Shown: piece after piece, positions 27,362 to 34,928 of the stretch
How positions within the stretch are numbered: the stretch's first letter is position 1
Layout of the letters: the number at the start of each line of letters is the position of its first letter
IMG/VR virus record: IMGVR_UViG_2737471837_000010
Span: 1 to 41,646 of that record
From: a virus
Lineage: Duplodnaviria > Heunggongvirae > Uroviricota > Caudoviricetes
DNA: 41,646 bases
Reading direction: 5' to 3' (one strand)
The notes under the pieces: generated by a model
What the model was told of the DNA's origin: nothing
Seen by the model: only the letters and a program-made list of their open reading frames with translations
The model's database searches: none
Made by a program: the position numbers and the translations under genes

Positions 27362-29004
27362 AATAAACCTTCAACAATATAAGTAGCCGCCACTTTTTCT
27401 CCGCTCTGTTTATCAAGCTTGAAAAAATTAAAAGTTAGCTTTTCGCCAGAAAAATCCAGTACGCATGCATAGTTAGCACAATCCTGACTTGGCAATTCCG
27501 AACTAACAACTCCTGAACTTCCCAAAGAAACAATTTGGAATGTATGTTCAGGATTTGAATCCGTCACTGGTTCTAACGGAGATAGTTTTTTTGTTATTGT
27601 AATAAAACTACTTCTGTGCATATGACCATGCAGAATATAATCAACTTTATGCCTTACTACCCAACGTAATAATCGCTCTGCATCTAATGTTACACTATAT
27701 CTTGAATCAAGATAGGCATCTTCAACTTCATTAATAGAAGTTAGGTGATGGTGAAGCATAGCAATTCTTATAACACCTTTCTTTTTGAGTATATCTCCTC
27801 CGCTATCATTCATCCATCCCATAGATTTTGCAACATCACTGAGTTGTTGCTCACCGACAAATCCCATGCCCAAAAATGAATCTTTTACTTGTTGTAATAC
27901 GCATGAGTTCAATGCGGCTATTTCAACAACTTTATGGCCACCTAGTAAAAATTTCCTTCCTTGTGATAAATTTTCTTCAGGTTCCCTTTGAAAAAAATCT
28001 CGATAAAATTTTATATAATTAAGTTTACTTTCGCTATGGTAGTTTTCCGCCAGAATTTTCCATGGTTTATCCGTTACAGGCTTACCAACGATTTTAAAGT
28101 ACTCATCTTTAGAAACCAGACCTACATCGTGATTCCCAGGACAAATAATTATATCATCCGTTGTCAGACTAAGAGAAGAACTAACATCTTTGATAAAATT
28201 CAAAGCTTGCTCGAATCCCTCTTTCTGTGACTGCCACGTCAAATCACCTGAAATAGCCAACCCAGCACATTTACTCCCATTATTATATTTTCCAGCCAAC
28301 TCCACCACTCGAGAGGATAAACATTTTAGCTGATCATTATCTTGTGTCGGAAATGCATGTTTCCCATTTCCGCCATCAAAATGAATATCCGAAAGCCAAA
28401 TTATAAACTCCCCTTTTTTTTGGCTATACTTCCGACTGAAATTATAAGGAACATAATGAGATGCTAATGACTCATGCTGTAAATCTTTATCATTTGCAGG
28501 TCTAATCTTCCAAATAGTTCTATCTTGTTTTTTTAATTCAGCTGAAGAAAAGACAATTTTGTTGAAAAGTTGCTCATCTAAATCTTTATTACCTGCAAAC
28601 AATGCATCCAATGGAATATATGTGAATTTTTTGAGGATATCACAAGCATCAATTTCTATAATCTCAGAAACATTTAACCATCCCAGCAACTCATTCTCAT
28701 TATAATATGCTGGGGTTCTGCAACCATCCTTAGGAGATTGCTTTTTTATATCCCCTAAAGCTGACGAGCAAGTATCCTTTAATACAGCGGTATAAAATTT
28801 AAGCCGCCCTGAATCAAAAAAATATATTTGTTTATTTTTTTCTGCCGCATTTTTTAGTTCCAGTGATGGGAAACGCTCACCAGATTTAGCCCACCACCCC
28901 CACCAAACATTCCCTTCTTGGCGAGCAATGTTATTGTGTTGCTCGATGGTAAATCCTTCACTTTTTCCTAGGTCACGGAACCTAAAAATATAGGTTTCAC
29001 ACAT
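27358..29004 (-). CDS. Two-domain protein: unknown Trp-rich N-terminal domain (~190 aa) plus calcineurin-like metallophosphoesterase domain
   Basis: 548-aa ORF carrying metallophosphoesterase signature motifs in the expected order: LSDIHFD, ISGDLTW, CPGNHD, LHHH and HGHMHR. The N-terminal region (VWWGWWAKSG) has no motif I recognise. AT-rich. Confidence 0.8.
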   Translation of the reverse strand: MCETYIFRFRDLGKSEGFTIEQHNNIARQEGNVWWGWWAKSGERFPSLELKNAAEKNKQIYFFDSGRLKFYTAVLKDTCSSALGDIKKQSPKDGCRTPAYYNENELLGWLNVSEIIEIDACDILKKFTYIPLDALFAGNKDLDEQLFNKIVFSSAELKKQDRTIWKIRPANDKDLQHESLASHYVPYNFSRKYSQKKGEFIIWLSDIHFDGGNGKHAFPTQDNDQLKCLSSRVVELAGKYNNGSKCAGLAISGDLTWQSQKEGFEQALNFIKDVSSSLSLTTDDIIICPGNHDVGLVSKDEYFKIVGKPVTDKPWKILAENYHSESKLNYIKFYRDFFQREPEENLSQGRKFLLGGHKVVEIAALNSCVLQQVKDSFLGMGFVGEQQLSDVAKSMGWMNDSGGDILKKKGVIRIAMLHHHLTSINEVEDAYLDSRYSVTLDAERLLRWVVRHKVDYILHGHMHRSSFITITKKLSPLEPVTDSNPEHTFQIVSLGSSGVVSSELPSQDCANYACVLDFSGEKLTFNFFKLDKQSGEKVAATYIVEGLL

Positions 29005-29039
29005 TTACTTCATCCTCAAATGAAAATTGCTCTACAATT

Positions 29040-29070
29040 CTTTTGTTTTATCAGTAAATTATAGTAAATT
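29040..29070 (-). promoter_or_regulatory. Candidate promoter for the metallophosphoesterase/HAD cassette
   Basis: Perfect TATAAT on the minus strand (plus-strand ATTATA at ~29050..29055) about 45 nt upstream of the ORF start; the -35 is weak. Confidence 0.35.
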
Positions 29071-29127
29071 CAAATAATAAACTCTATCTTTTGAAGTGTG
29101 GGAGAGAAGGAAATCACCTCATTACTT

Positions 29128-29838
29128 TCATCCACTAAACCTTTTCCCTCTACATAATCCATGTTTAGCACGCAATTGTTTAATTTTTTCCAAGCTCTGA
29201 ACACGATTAAGCGGCCTGCCGCCCATGACAGGAAGTTGTTTCACCGGTTCAGGGATCGCTTCACCACGGTTAATTCGCGCGGTCATACAGGACAGTTCAT
29301 CGGCAGCCATGCGCCGTAATTCCGCGTCAGTCAACGCATTGGCCCGCATGTTCTGGTACAGGTTGGTAACCAGCCAGTAGTGCGCGTTTGATTTCCATGG
29401 ATAAGACTCTGCATCTGGATACAGGCCACGCTTCCGACAATACTCATAGACCATATCAACCAGCTCGCTGACGTTTGGCAGCCCGGCGTTAACGGATGCT
29501 TCTTCCCGGCACCAGGCGACAAACTGCCCGGGTGATGGCAGGAATGGTCGATTCTGCCGACGGGCTACGCGCATTCCAGCGTTAACCTGTTCCATCGTGG
29601 TGATCCCATTTTCCCGGAAAGCCAGAACCCACTGGCGGCGGATTTCGTTCAGTTCATTCTGGTCCCGGTTAGCCAGGCTCGCCGGGAAAGTTGCCAGTAA
29701 CTGGCTGAACACACCATTGATAATCTGCGCTACCTGCTGTACCTGCGGCTTTTCGTCGTACTGTTCCGGCATGTTATTGGCGATCCGGCGCATCTGCTCA
29801 CGGTCAAAATTAACCATCTGTGCGGCGATGTTTTTCAT
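29128..29838 (-). CDS. P: Replication protein P (DnaB helicase loader)
   Basis: 236-aa ORF MKNIAAQMVNFDREQMRRIANNMPEQYDEKPQVQQVAQIINGVF..., recognised as lambda P. Confidence 0.95.
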   Translation of the reverse strand: MKNIAAQMVNFDREQMRRIANNMPEQYDEKPQVQQVAQIINGVFSQLLATFPASLANRDQNELNEIRRQWVLAFRENGITTMEQVNAGMRVARRQNRPFLPSPGQFVAWCREEASVNAGLPNVSELVDMVYEYCRKRGLYPDAESYPWKSNAHYWLVTNLYQNMRANALTDAELRRMAADELSCMTARINRGEAIPEPVKQLPVMGGRPLNRVQSLEKIKQLRAKHGLCRGKRFSG

Positions 29839-30807
29839 AGCTCCACCCCGTAAATCCAGTCAGTGTTCGTCAGGTCGAGTTTTGGTTTTCCGGCTGTCAC
29901 GCCAGCCTGTTGCTTGTTACGGTTGATTTCGAGCTGGGTCCACTTGTCGCGTAGTTTGGCCGGACTCAGCACGTTACCGGACCAGAAGTTGTCCTGGCAG
30001 GCCCAGCGGAACAGCACGCACATGTCGCGGTGGTTACGTCCGTCACGTTCACGCATCAGGCGGATATCGTTAGCCCACCCTGCAAAATTCGGTTTTCTGG
30101 CTGATGGCGCGATGGTCTTCACCATGTCAAACATCCACTCTGCGGCAGTCAGGTCTTCTGCTGTCCCCCACTTGCTGCCGCTCTGAATCGCAGCATCCGG
30201 TTTCACCACAGAAAGGGCATTTTCTGGCTGGTCAGAGGATTCGTCAGAATTCTCGGACGAAAAAGGTTTTATATTGTCTTTTGTTAGTTTGTCTTTTGTG
30301 TTTACCTGATTCGGGTAAGTGCCTTTACCTGATTTGGGTAAACTTTTCTTACCTGATTCAGGTAAATTTACCTCTTTCAGGTAAACTTTTCTTACCTGAT
30401 TCAGGTAAATTTACCTCTTTCAGGTAAACTTTATTTTTCTTACCTGATTCGGGTAATGTTGACCATTCACTGACCACATTATTGATGCCGATATTCCGCC
30501 CGCTCTGAATAAGAATCCCACGCTTTACCAGAACACTTTTTGCAGCAGAACACTTGTGCGGCAATATCCCGGTTAATTCGGAAAGTTGCTCGTTGCTAAC
30601 CCAATCCAGTTTTTTATTAAAGCCATATGTTTTGCGCATGACAGCCAGAAAGACCAGAAGCTGGTGCTGTGTTAATCCGGCCAGCATCACAGCTTCCAGC
30701 AACTCATTTGCAATGCGCGTATAACCATCATCGAGATCTGCCACGCGCGGCTCCTTTTGTGCCGCATCCGGCACTGGAAAATTGAATATCTCAGCAGTGT
30801 TTGCCAT
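29835..30807 (-). pseudogene. O: Replication initiator O, split by a frameshift inside the iteron region
   Basis: The N-terminal frame (from MANTAEIFNF) stops at 30358. The C-terminal frame, open from ~30410 and ending ...TNTDWIYGVEL, is shifted by one nucleotide. Both frames translate the same LPESGKKSLP from repeated DNA. Confidence 0.7.
30302..30456. repeat. Replication origin iterons: seven ~17-bp TTACCTGATTC(G/A)GGTAA-type repeats, including a 43-bp tandem duplication
   Basis: Copies at ~30302, 30326, 30349, 30368, 30392, 30411 and 30440. Segment 30349..30391 is repeated almost exactly at 30392..30434. Each iteron is an inverted repeat TTACC...GGTAA. Confidence 0.85.
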
Positions 30808-30893
30808 AATTCCTCCCGCAATGAGTGTGTTACGATTTGCACCTGAAAGTCGGTTCTGTTCGCGCAGACCGGCTTTCGCCATTTCCGAACCTG

Positions 30894-31439
30894 TCATATT
30901 GCCCCCAGCATGGTGGTGACCATCGCCATCAGTGGACCAGCCAGATCCGGGTCCACACGAAACATCGACACAATGCCTTCACTCATCTCCTTCAGTTTCT
31001 GGTGGCGTGGTGCGTTGAGAATGACAGCCTGTTTTGCCTCACTGAGTTCCTTTTCCATTTCAGCCAGCCGAGCCATGAAGCTATCCTGCTCAACCAGGTG
31101 GCCGCGATATTCCAGCGGTAGTACCGCCAGAATTGCCGGGGTCAGTTCACGCACGTTATTTCGGTATTTTTCAGAATCGAATTTGTTATCGAGGAAGCGG
31201 AACAGCTTCTGGCGTGCACGGCTGACATCATCAGGGAAATCGATGGTGCCGCCGCCCTGCTCCCGATACTCATTCACAATGAGTGCGGCAACAACATCCT
31301 GATTATCTGCAGCCGACCAGGCGCGGACGGCATCACGGATTTTTTCGTGGCCTGGAGCTTGTTTTGTTTGAGAACGATTTATCACCGCAGTCGGGCTAAA
31401 TCCGCTAGTCTGTTGGTATGTAAGTGGTTGCATAGTCAT
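30894..31439 (-). CDS. YdaT-like protein in the cII position
   Basis: 181-aa ORF downstream of the cro-like gene; segments EYREQGGGT and LTPAILAVLPLEYRGHL resemble my recollection of Rac prophage YdaT. No clear helix-turn-helix. Confidence 0.55.
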   Translation of the reverse strand: MTMQPLTYQQTSGFSPTAVINRSQTKQAPGHEKIRDAVRAWSAADNQDVVAALIVNEYREQGGGTIDFPDDVSRARQKLFRFLDNKFDSEKYRNNVRELTPAILAVLPLEYRGHLVEQDSFMARLAEMEKELSEAKQAVILNAPRHQKLKEMSEGIVSMFRVDPDLAGPLMAMVTTMLGAI

Positions 31440-31463
31440 TGCCTTATCAGTTAACGCCGCAGA

Positions 31464-31691
31464 TTAGGCGGCAGAATTACTCGCGTTAAACAATGGTGCG
31501 AGGTCGGGACGAATATCTGCTGGTTTAATCTTTCCACCAGTGGCTGAGACAATTTTCATTACATAGCGGGCATCAATTCCGCCACCGTGTAGCCAACGCC
31601 AAACAGTGGGCTGGGCTACACCGCATAGATCTGCCAGTCGCTTTTGACTACCTGTAATACTGATTGCGAGTTGAATGGTTTGATTTGTCAT
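31464..31691 (-). CDS. Cro-like helix-turn-helix regulator (YdaS-like)
   Basis: About 75 aa with an HTH (QKRLADLCGVAQPTVWRWL); divergently transcribed from the repressor gene. Confidence 0.75.
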   Translation of the reverse strand: MTNQTIQLAISITGSQKRLADLCGVAQPTVWRWLHGGGIDARYVMKIVSATGGKIKPADIRPDLAPLFNASNSAA

Positions 31692-31697
31692 TATCAA

Positions 31698-31801
31698 TTC
31701 CTATTGGTATTGCAATGAATGAATAATAGCAATGCGTATTAATCCAAGCAATAGCCAAACGTGTTTTGACCATCAATACGCAAGCGTATAAATTAAAACT
31801 T
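31698..31801. promoter_or_regulatory. Immunity control region: divergent pR (minus) and pRM-like (plus) promoters with operator repeats
   Basis: Minus strand: -35 TTGCTT, 17-nt spacer, -10 TATTAT (plus coordinates ~31746..31751 and ~31723..31728). Plus strand: -35 TTGACC at 31766..31771 and -10 TATAAAT at ~31787..31793, placing the start near the cI ATG at 31802. AATAGCAAT-type motifs recur here and at pL. Confidence 0.6.
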
Positions 31802-32494
31802 ATGAAAAAAGAAACTCTTGCTGATCGCTTAAACCTAGCGATGGAACAATCTGGAATGTCTCAAGGCGCTCTTGCAAAGGCGTCTGGCGTAGCTCAACCC
31901 ACAATCTGGAGACTGACAAGCGGCAACGCGCGCGGCTCAACAAAAATTGTTGAAATAGCTAATGCATTGGGTGTTCGAACAGAATGGCTCTCATCAGGCA
32001 TAGGCCCGATGAGAAATGACGGTCAACAATCAGGGAAGCCTGCTGTCAGCCATTCCAAATACTTCAAAATTGACGTTCTTGATATAGAAGTCAGTGCCGG
32101 GCCGGGAGTCATCAACCGTGAGTTTGTAGAAGTTCTACGCTCGGTTGAGTACTCGTTTGACGATGCTCGTCACATGTTCGATGGCAGGAAGGCAGAAAAT
32201 ATCCGCATCATTAACGTGCGTGGTGACAGCATGTCAGGAACGATCGAACCAGGTGATCTGCTGTTCGTTGATATCACGGTTAAATCTTTCGACGGTGATG
32301 GTATCTATGCATTTCTGTACGACGACACCGCCCATGTAAAGCGCCTGCAAATGATGAAGGATAAACTGCTGGTTATCTCTGATAACAAGAGCTACTCACC
32401 GTGGGACCCTATCGAGAAAGACGAGATGAACCGGGTGTTTATCTTCGGGAAAGTTATTGGGAGCATGCCGCAGACCTACAGGAAGCATGGGTAG
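31802..32494 (+). CDS. cI: Prophage repressor cI (HTH plus S24 LexA-like autopeptidase domain); ATG at 31802 preferred over the ORF track's TTG at 31766
   Basis: N-terminal HTH (LADRLNLAMEQSGMSQGALAKASGVAQPTIWR), Ala-Gly cleavage site (EVSAGPG) and Ser/Lys dyad motifs (GDSMSG ... HVKRL). The TTG at 31766 coincides with the -35 hexamer. Confidence 0.85.
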   Translation: MKKETLADRLNLAMEQSGMSQGALAKASGVAQPTIWRLTSGNARGSTKIVEIANALGVRTEWLSSGIGPMRNDGQQSGKPAVSHSKYFKIDVLDIEVSAGPGVINREFVEVLRSVEYSFDDARHMFDGRKAENIRIINVRGDSMSGTIEPGDLLFVDITVKSFDGDGIYAFLYDDTAHVKRLQMMKDKLLVISDNKSYSPWDPIEKDEMNRVFIFGKVIGSMPQTYRKHG

Positions 32495-32530
32495 GTAGTA
32501 TGTAAAGAATTACCTTTGGTTGATTTGTAA

Positions 32531-32560
32531 TAGCTACCGATTACGTTATCGGTAGCTATA
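32531..32560 (+). terminator. 12-bp perfect inverted repeat with 6-nt loop after cI (terminator or protein-binding palindrome)
   Basis: ATAGCTACCGAT-TACGTT-ATCGGTAGCTAT followed by AAGAAATTTTTAT. Confidence 0.4.
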
Positions 32561-32616
32561 AGAAATTTTTATGTCTTTACTGTGTTTATTTATTCAATAC
32601 TAGTTGGACTATAGCA

Positions 32617-33639
32617 ATGAAAGATAACAGACAAAAAGTCGTTCATTATAAAAAAGCAGTAATCCCACACAGCAAATCATCATTACAAAACATACTACTT
32701 AGTATTATAGGTGAGGGCGGCGTTGCAGAAAAAGTACTTAGTAGACAAGAAAAAATAACACCTTCAGATGAAAATTCGGGGTATCGTTTCTTAAATAAAA
32801 GCGACACATACAAAACTATACTTTTTGGGCAACTGGTTTTATTTGAAAAAGACAAAAGCCAGTCTCTATTAGAGCTTAGTGATAATGTTAAATTTTATGA
32901 CATTAACTCCATCACGTCTAATGATATAATTATTGATGGAGATAAACGTAGTGACAAAAAAAGAGAGTTTGTAGATTCAATTTTATATTTTGGTGTACTA
33001 AACAACCATGTCATGATCGTTCAATCCACATCGCTTCGAGCAAGGGAGCTTGAGGCGCATTTGAATTGGCTAATTAATACATTCACAGATGAAAAAGAAT
33101 CTGTGTTAATGCTTCAAGATAAGCCATCCGAAGAAACGATGAAAAAAATGGAGAAAGCACCAGCCAAGAGCATAAAAATTGGTGGATTACCCATTACTTC
33201 AGAAGTTAAAAATTCAGAGAACCAAACACCCTCCTTTTCAAATGGTTCGGTGAAGACAATAAAATACCGCCCAATAGGGAAAGGAGGTGCGCTACTAAAA
33301 GCATTTTTTGGCGATAACTGGGCAAATGATATAAACATTAAAGATTCATTAGATGAGGCCAATTTACAAGTAAGCCTCGAGATTACATACTTCAGAAAAA
33401 CAAATGATAGCGGTCAAGCTGTTATAGACAGTATTGCTACCTCACTACGACATCTAGATGAGGATGATATTAGCATCAAACTTCAAGGCGGTGGGGAAAT
33501 AACGGGAAAAGAGATAAAATTATCCGGAAAAATTAGCGTTGAACATAACAATGGCATTATTGATGAAAATGATTTATTCTTAAAAATGCATAAGTGGCTG
33601 TTCTCAAAACTTGATGCCGGAGAATTGGTTGCAAAATAA
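32617..33639 (+). CDS. Unknown 340-aa soluble protein in the rexA position
   Basis: Long AT-rich ORF immediately downstream of cI on the same strand; Lys/Asp/Glu-rich with no catalytic motif I recognise. Confidence 0.75.
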   Translation: MKDNRQKVVHYKKAVIPHSKSSLQNILLSIIGEGGVAEKVLSRQEKITPSDENSGYRFLNKSDTYKTILFGQLVLFEKDKSQSLLELSDNVKFYDINSITSNDIIIDGDKRSDKKREFVDSILYFGVLNNHVMIVQSTSLRARELEAHLNWLINTFTDEKESVLMLQDKPSEETMKKMEKAPAKSIKIGGLPITSEVKNSENQTPSFSNGSVKTIKYRPIGKGGALLKAFFGDNWANDINIKDSLDEANLQVSLEITYFRKTNDSGQAVIDSIATSLRHLDEDDISIKLQGGGEITGKEIKLSGKISVEHNNGIIDENDLFLKMHKWLFSKLDAGELVAK

Positions 33640-33660
33640 CCTACCAAAAGGAGGGCGATA

Positions 33661-34167
33661 ATGAAATCGAACATCATCCACCTTATTGGTATGTTGGTCT
33701 TCTATGTTGCTGGTTACTTTTTGTTCAAGTCAGCATTGGGCTATATTACACCGGGTGTTGTCCTAACAGCTCCGTGGGCTGTGGTTGGACTCATGCAATT
33801 GCCATTATCATATTGTATACAAGCCATTTTTAAGGCAAATGAGGCCAATGACCACTCGTCTTTAACCCCTAGTGAGGTTAGGCGATTAGTGCCAATAGTC
33901 AAATCCAAGAGACTGAAATTGGTTTTATTATTAGCTTTCTATGTATTTTCAACTTTGTTTGTAATCTTGGGGTTAATAGCAAGCACAAATGATCAAGCCC
34001 TACTCTTCAGGGTCTTAAAAATTTCAGGTGGATTACTCTTTATTTCTCTCTATACCAGTGTATTCGTTCATAAAATAATGGTTGAGCTTCAAGAGTTTAA
34101 AGCGTTATTAAACCGAAGAGAATCAGAGAAGAAGGAAAGAGAGTCACTCCTTGATAGATTAAAATGA
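33661..34167 (+). CDS. Unknown 168-aa polytopic membrane protein (four predicted TM helices) in the rexB position
   Basis: Strong AGGAGGG ribosome-binding site. Four hydrophobic segments (IIHLIGMLVFYVAGYFLF, VVLTAPWAVVGLMQLPLSYCIQAIF, LKLVLLLAFYVFSTLFVILGLIAS, GGLLFISLYTSVFVHKIM) and a charged C-terminal tail. Confidence 0.8.
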   Translation: MKSNIIHLIGMLVFYVAGYFLFKSALGYITPGVVLTAPWAVVGLMQLPLSYCIQAIFKANEANDHSSLTPSEVRRLVPIVKSKRLKLVLLLAFYVFSTLFVILGLIASTNDQALLFRVLKISGGLLFISLYTSVFVHKIMVELQEFKALLNRRESEKKERESLLDRLK

Positions 34168-34174
34168 CCCCCCT

Positions 34175-34202
34175 CCCCGGCCGTCGTGCCGGGTTTTCTT
34201 TT
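34175..34202 (+). terminator. Rho-independent terminator closing the cI/rex-slot transcription unit
   Basis: Hairpin CCCCGGC-CGTCGT-GCCGGG followed by TTTTCTTTT, starting 8 nt after the stop of the membrane-protein gene. Confidence 0.7.
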
Positions 34203-34319
34203 GCCTCCCCTCATCACACACCGTTCAAAAAACCACCATGCCCCTGCTTCAGTTATCGCTATGCGATGCAAGTCACAAAATTAATTCTTTTTGCTATCAA
34301 ACATTTAATATCAAAACAC

Positions 34320-34380
34320 ATCAGCCAATAGCAATAAGTATTGATATCACCAATAGCAATAGCTATTATCATCATATCGC
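34320..34380 (+). promoter_or_regulatory. pL-like promoter with overlapping operator repeats
   Basis: -35 TTGATA (34341..34346), 17-nt spacer, -10 TATTAT (34364..34369). Operator-like repeats CCAATAGCAATAAGTATTG and CCAATAGCAATAGCTATT overlap the promoter. Confidence 0.6.
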
Positions 34381-34562
34381 AACAACACAACGATACGGCA
34401 ACCACCTGATTCACCGTTGCGATGACCGCTTAGATCCGTAGCTTGAATTTCAGCAGGCTCCGGGAAGTGCGAGGGGTGAAGCGGACGCGTGAACGTCGGT
34501 GTGACCAGCTGAAATTAACTCAACATTTCATACCTCAGTCGCTTCAACGAGGCGGCTTAGTT

Positions 34563-34853
34563 ATGACAACCGGCGGCCATCCACCGCCTGAATACGCGCA
34601 GAAGTCTTTATATGTTCAGCAGCCCAGCTTACGGGCAGGAGTTTTTATGGTTCATCAACATTACGGAACGCAGACCGTTAATCGCGGTGCGGTCATGCCA
34701 GGAATGCTGGTCAAACACAAAGATGGTACCTGGACAGCATCAGCTAATTTACGCGGACGGCTATATCTGCATCGCGGCATCGAGCGCACTTATACCCGTG
34801 ATTTGCTCGTGGAAGTTTTTCTCGACGGACGAGGCAACGGCCTGAATCACTAA
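34563..34853 (+). CDS. Hypothetical protein in the N / kil-cIII position; the ORF track extends the frame to a TTG at 34443
   Basis: 96 aa from the ATG preceded by GAGG; the extended frame contains an arginine-rich stretch (GVKRTRERR). No recognisable lambda N, kil or cIII sequence. Confidence 0.5.
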   Translation: MTTGGHPPPEYAQKSLYVQQPSLRAGVFMVHQHYGTQTVNRGAVMPGMLVKHKDGTWTASANLRGRLYLHRGIERTYTRDLLVEVFLDGRGNGLNH

Positions 34854-34928
34854 TCCCCTTTCCTGTTTTCCTAATCAGCCTGGCATTTCGCGGGCGATAT
34901 TTTCACAGCCATTTTCAGGAGTTCAGCC

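Noticed and set aside
30290-30460. Regularly spaced ~17-bp direct repeats that could be read as a small CRISPR array
   Set aside because: The repeats are only about 17 bp, internally palindromic, separated by 2- to 12-bp gaps, and sit inside the O coding frame. That is the signature of replication-origin iterons; there is no cas gene or leader.
33114-33362. 82-aa and 64-aa minus-strand ORFs inside the rex-slot cassette
   Set aside because: They are antisense to the long plus-strand ORFs, which have ribosome-binding sites and the operon context.
34443-34562. Calling the arginine-rich ORF an N antiterminator
   Set aside because: The arginine-rich stretch is the only resemblance, no boxA/boxB could be identified, and the ATG with the better ribosome-binding site would exclude that stretch from the protein. 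It is kept as a hypothesis in the findings, not as an annotation.
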